DNA from: Octopus sinensis | Lineage: Eukaryota | Direction of reading: 5' to 3' | NCBI RefSeq assembly: GCF_006345805.1 | Contig: NC_043004.1 | Span: forward strand, 20,646,001-20,710,000 | DNA length: 64,000 bases | Shown: positions 63,624 to 64,000 of the stretch, one piece after another | How positions within the stretch are numbered: the stretch's first letter is position 1 | Layout of the letters: each line of letters opens with the position of its first letter | The notes under the pieces: generated by a model | The model's input: only the letters and a program-made list of their open reading frames with translations | Databases searched by the model: none | What the model was told of the DNA's origin: nothing | Position numbers and translations under genes: made by a program

Positions 63624-64000
63624 TTGGGTTGTCCGGAAAGTTCATGCCAAGTTTTAGAGGAAAGAAAAAGGTCAATAAATACTTGCCATTACATTTTTAA
63701 TCAACCAAATATGAAACATTTTGTTGCACAATGCATTTCCATCTTTCCTTTAACTTGAAAATATCCTCTTCCCAAAATTGAGGTGGTTTCATGGCAATGA
63801 CTTCATCAAGGTATCTTTTTACGTCATTCACGGAATTAAAATTTTTACCATTAAGACTATTCTGCAGAGACCTGAATAAGTGAAAATCTGAAGGAGCAAT
63901 ATCTGGTGAATATGGAGGGTGGGTTAACACATCCCAGCCGAGCTGCAGCAATTTTTGTCTGGTTCCCAAAGCATCAAATGCCATTTTAAAGGGTTACAGA
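63624..64000 (-). mobile_element. Mos1/Famar-like mariner 3' part, truncated by the window end
   Basis: LGWDVLTHPPYSPDIAPSDFHLFRSLQNSL; TIR ttgggttgtccggaaagttc after TA. Confidence 0.93.

Overview
AT-rich, repeat-saturated eukaryotic DNA. The SINE/LINE families and microsatellite load look like a coleoid cephalopod, probably Octopus; this is inferred from recalled repeat families, not from a database search. No intact host gene is recognisable, and most ORF-track entries are microsatellite or low-complexity artefacts. Retroelements: an internally deleted L1/Tx1 element (ORF1 joined directly to the ORF2 C-terminus) with an adjacent 630-bp tandem duplication; a young, 5'-truncated R4/Dong LINE inside a (TAA)n array; RTE and Penelope-like fragments; and more than 25 tRNA-derived SINE copies. 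DNA transposons: pogo, three hAT fossils (one with both TIRs and its TSD), four mariners, Helitron/Helentron pieces and nested MITEs. Best leads: (i) several degenerate minimal hammerhead-ribozyme motifs, including a 250-bp palindrome carrying two outward-facing ones, with repeated CpG-type loss of catalytic G12; (ii) a heavily decayed RXFP/GRL101-like GPCR at about 28.6-29.6 kb; (iii) a duplication whose crossover can be mapped to 19 bp; (iv) a few candidate host exons. All alignments were done by eye and many repeat boundaries are approximate.
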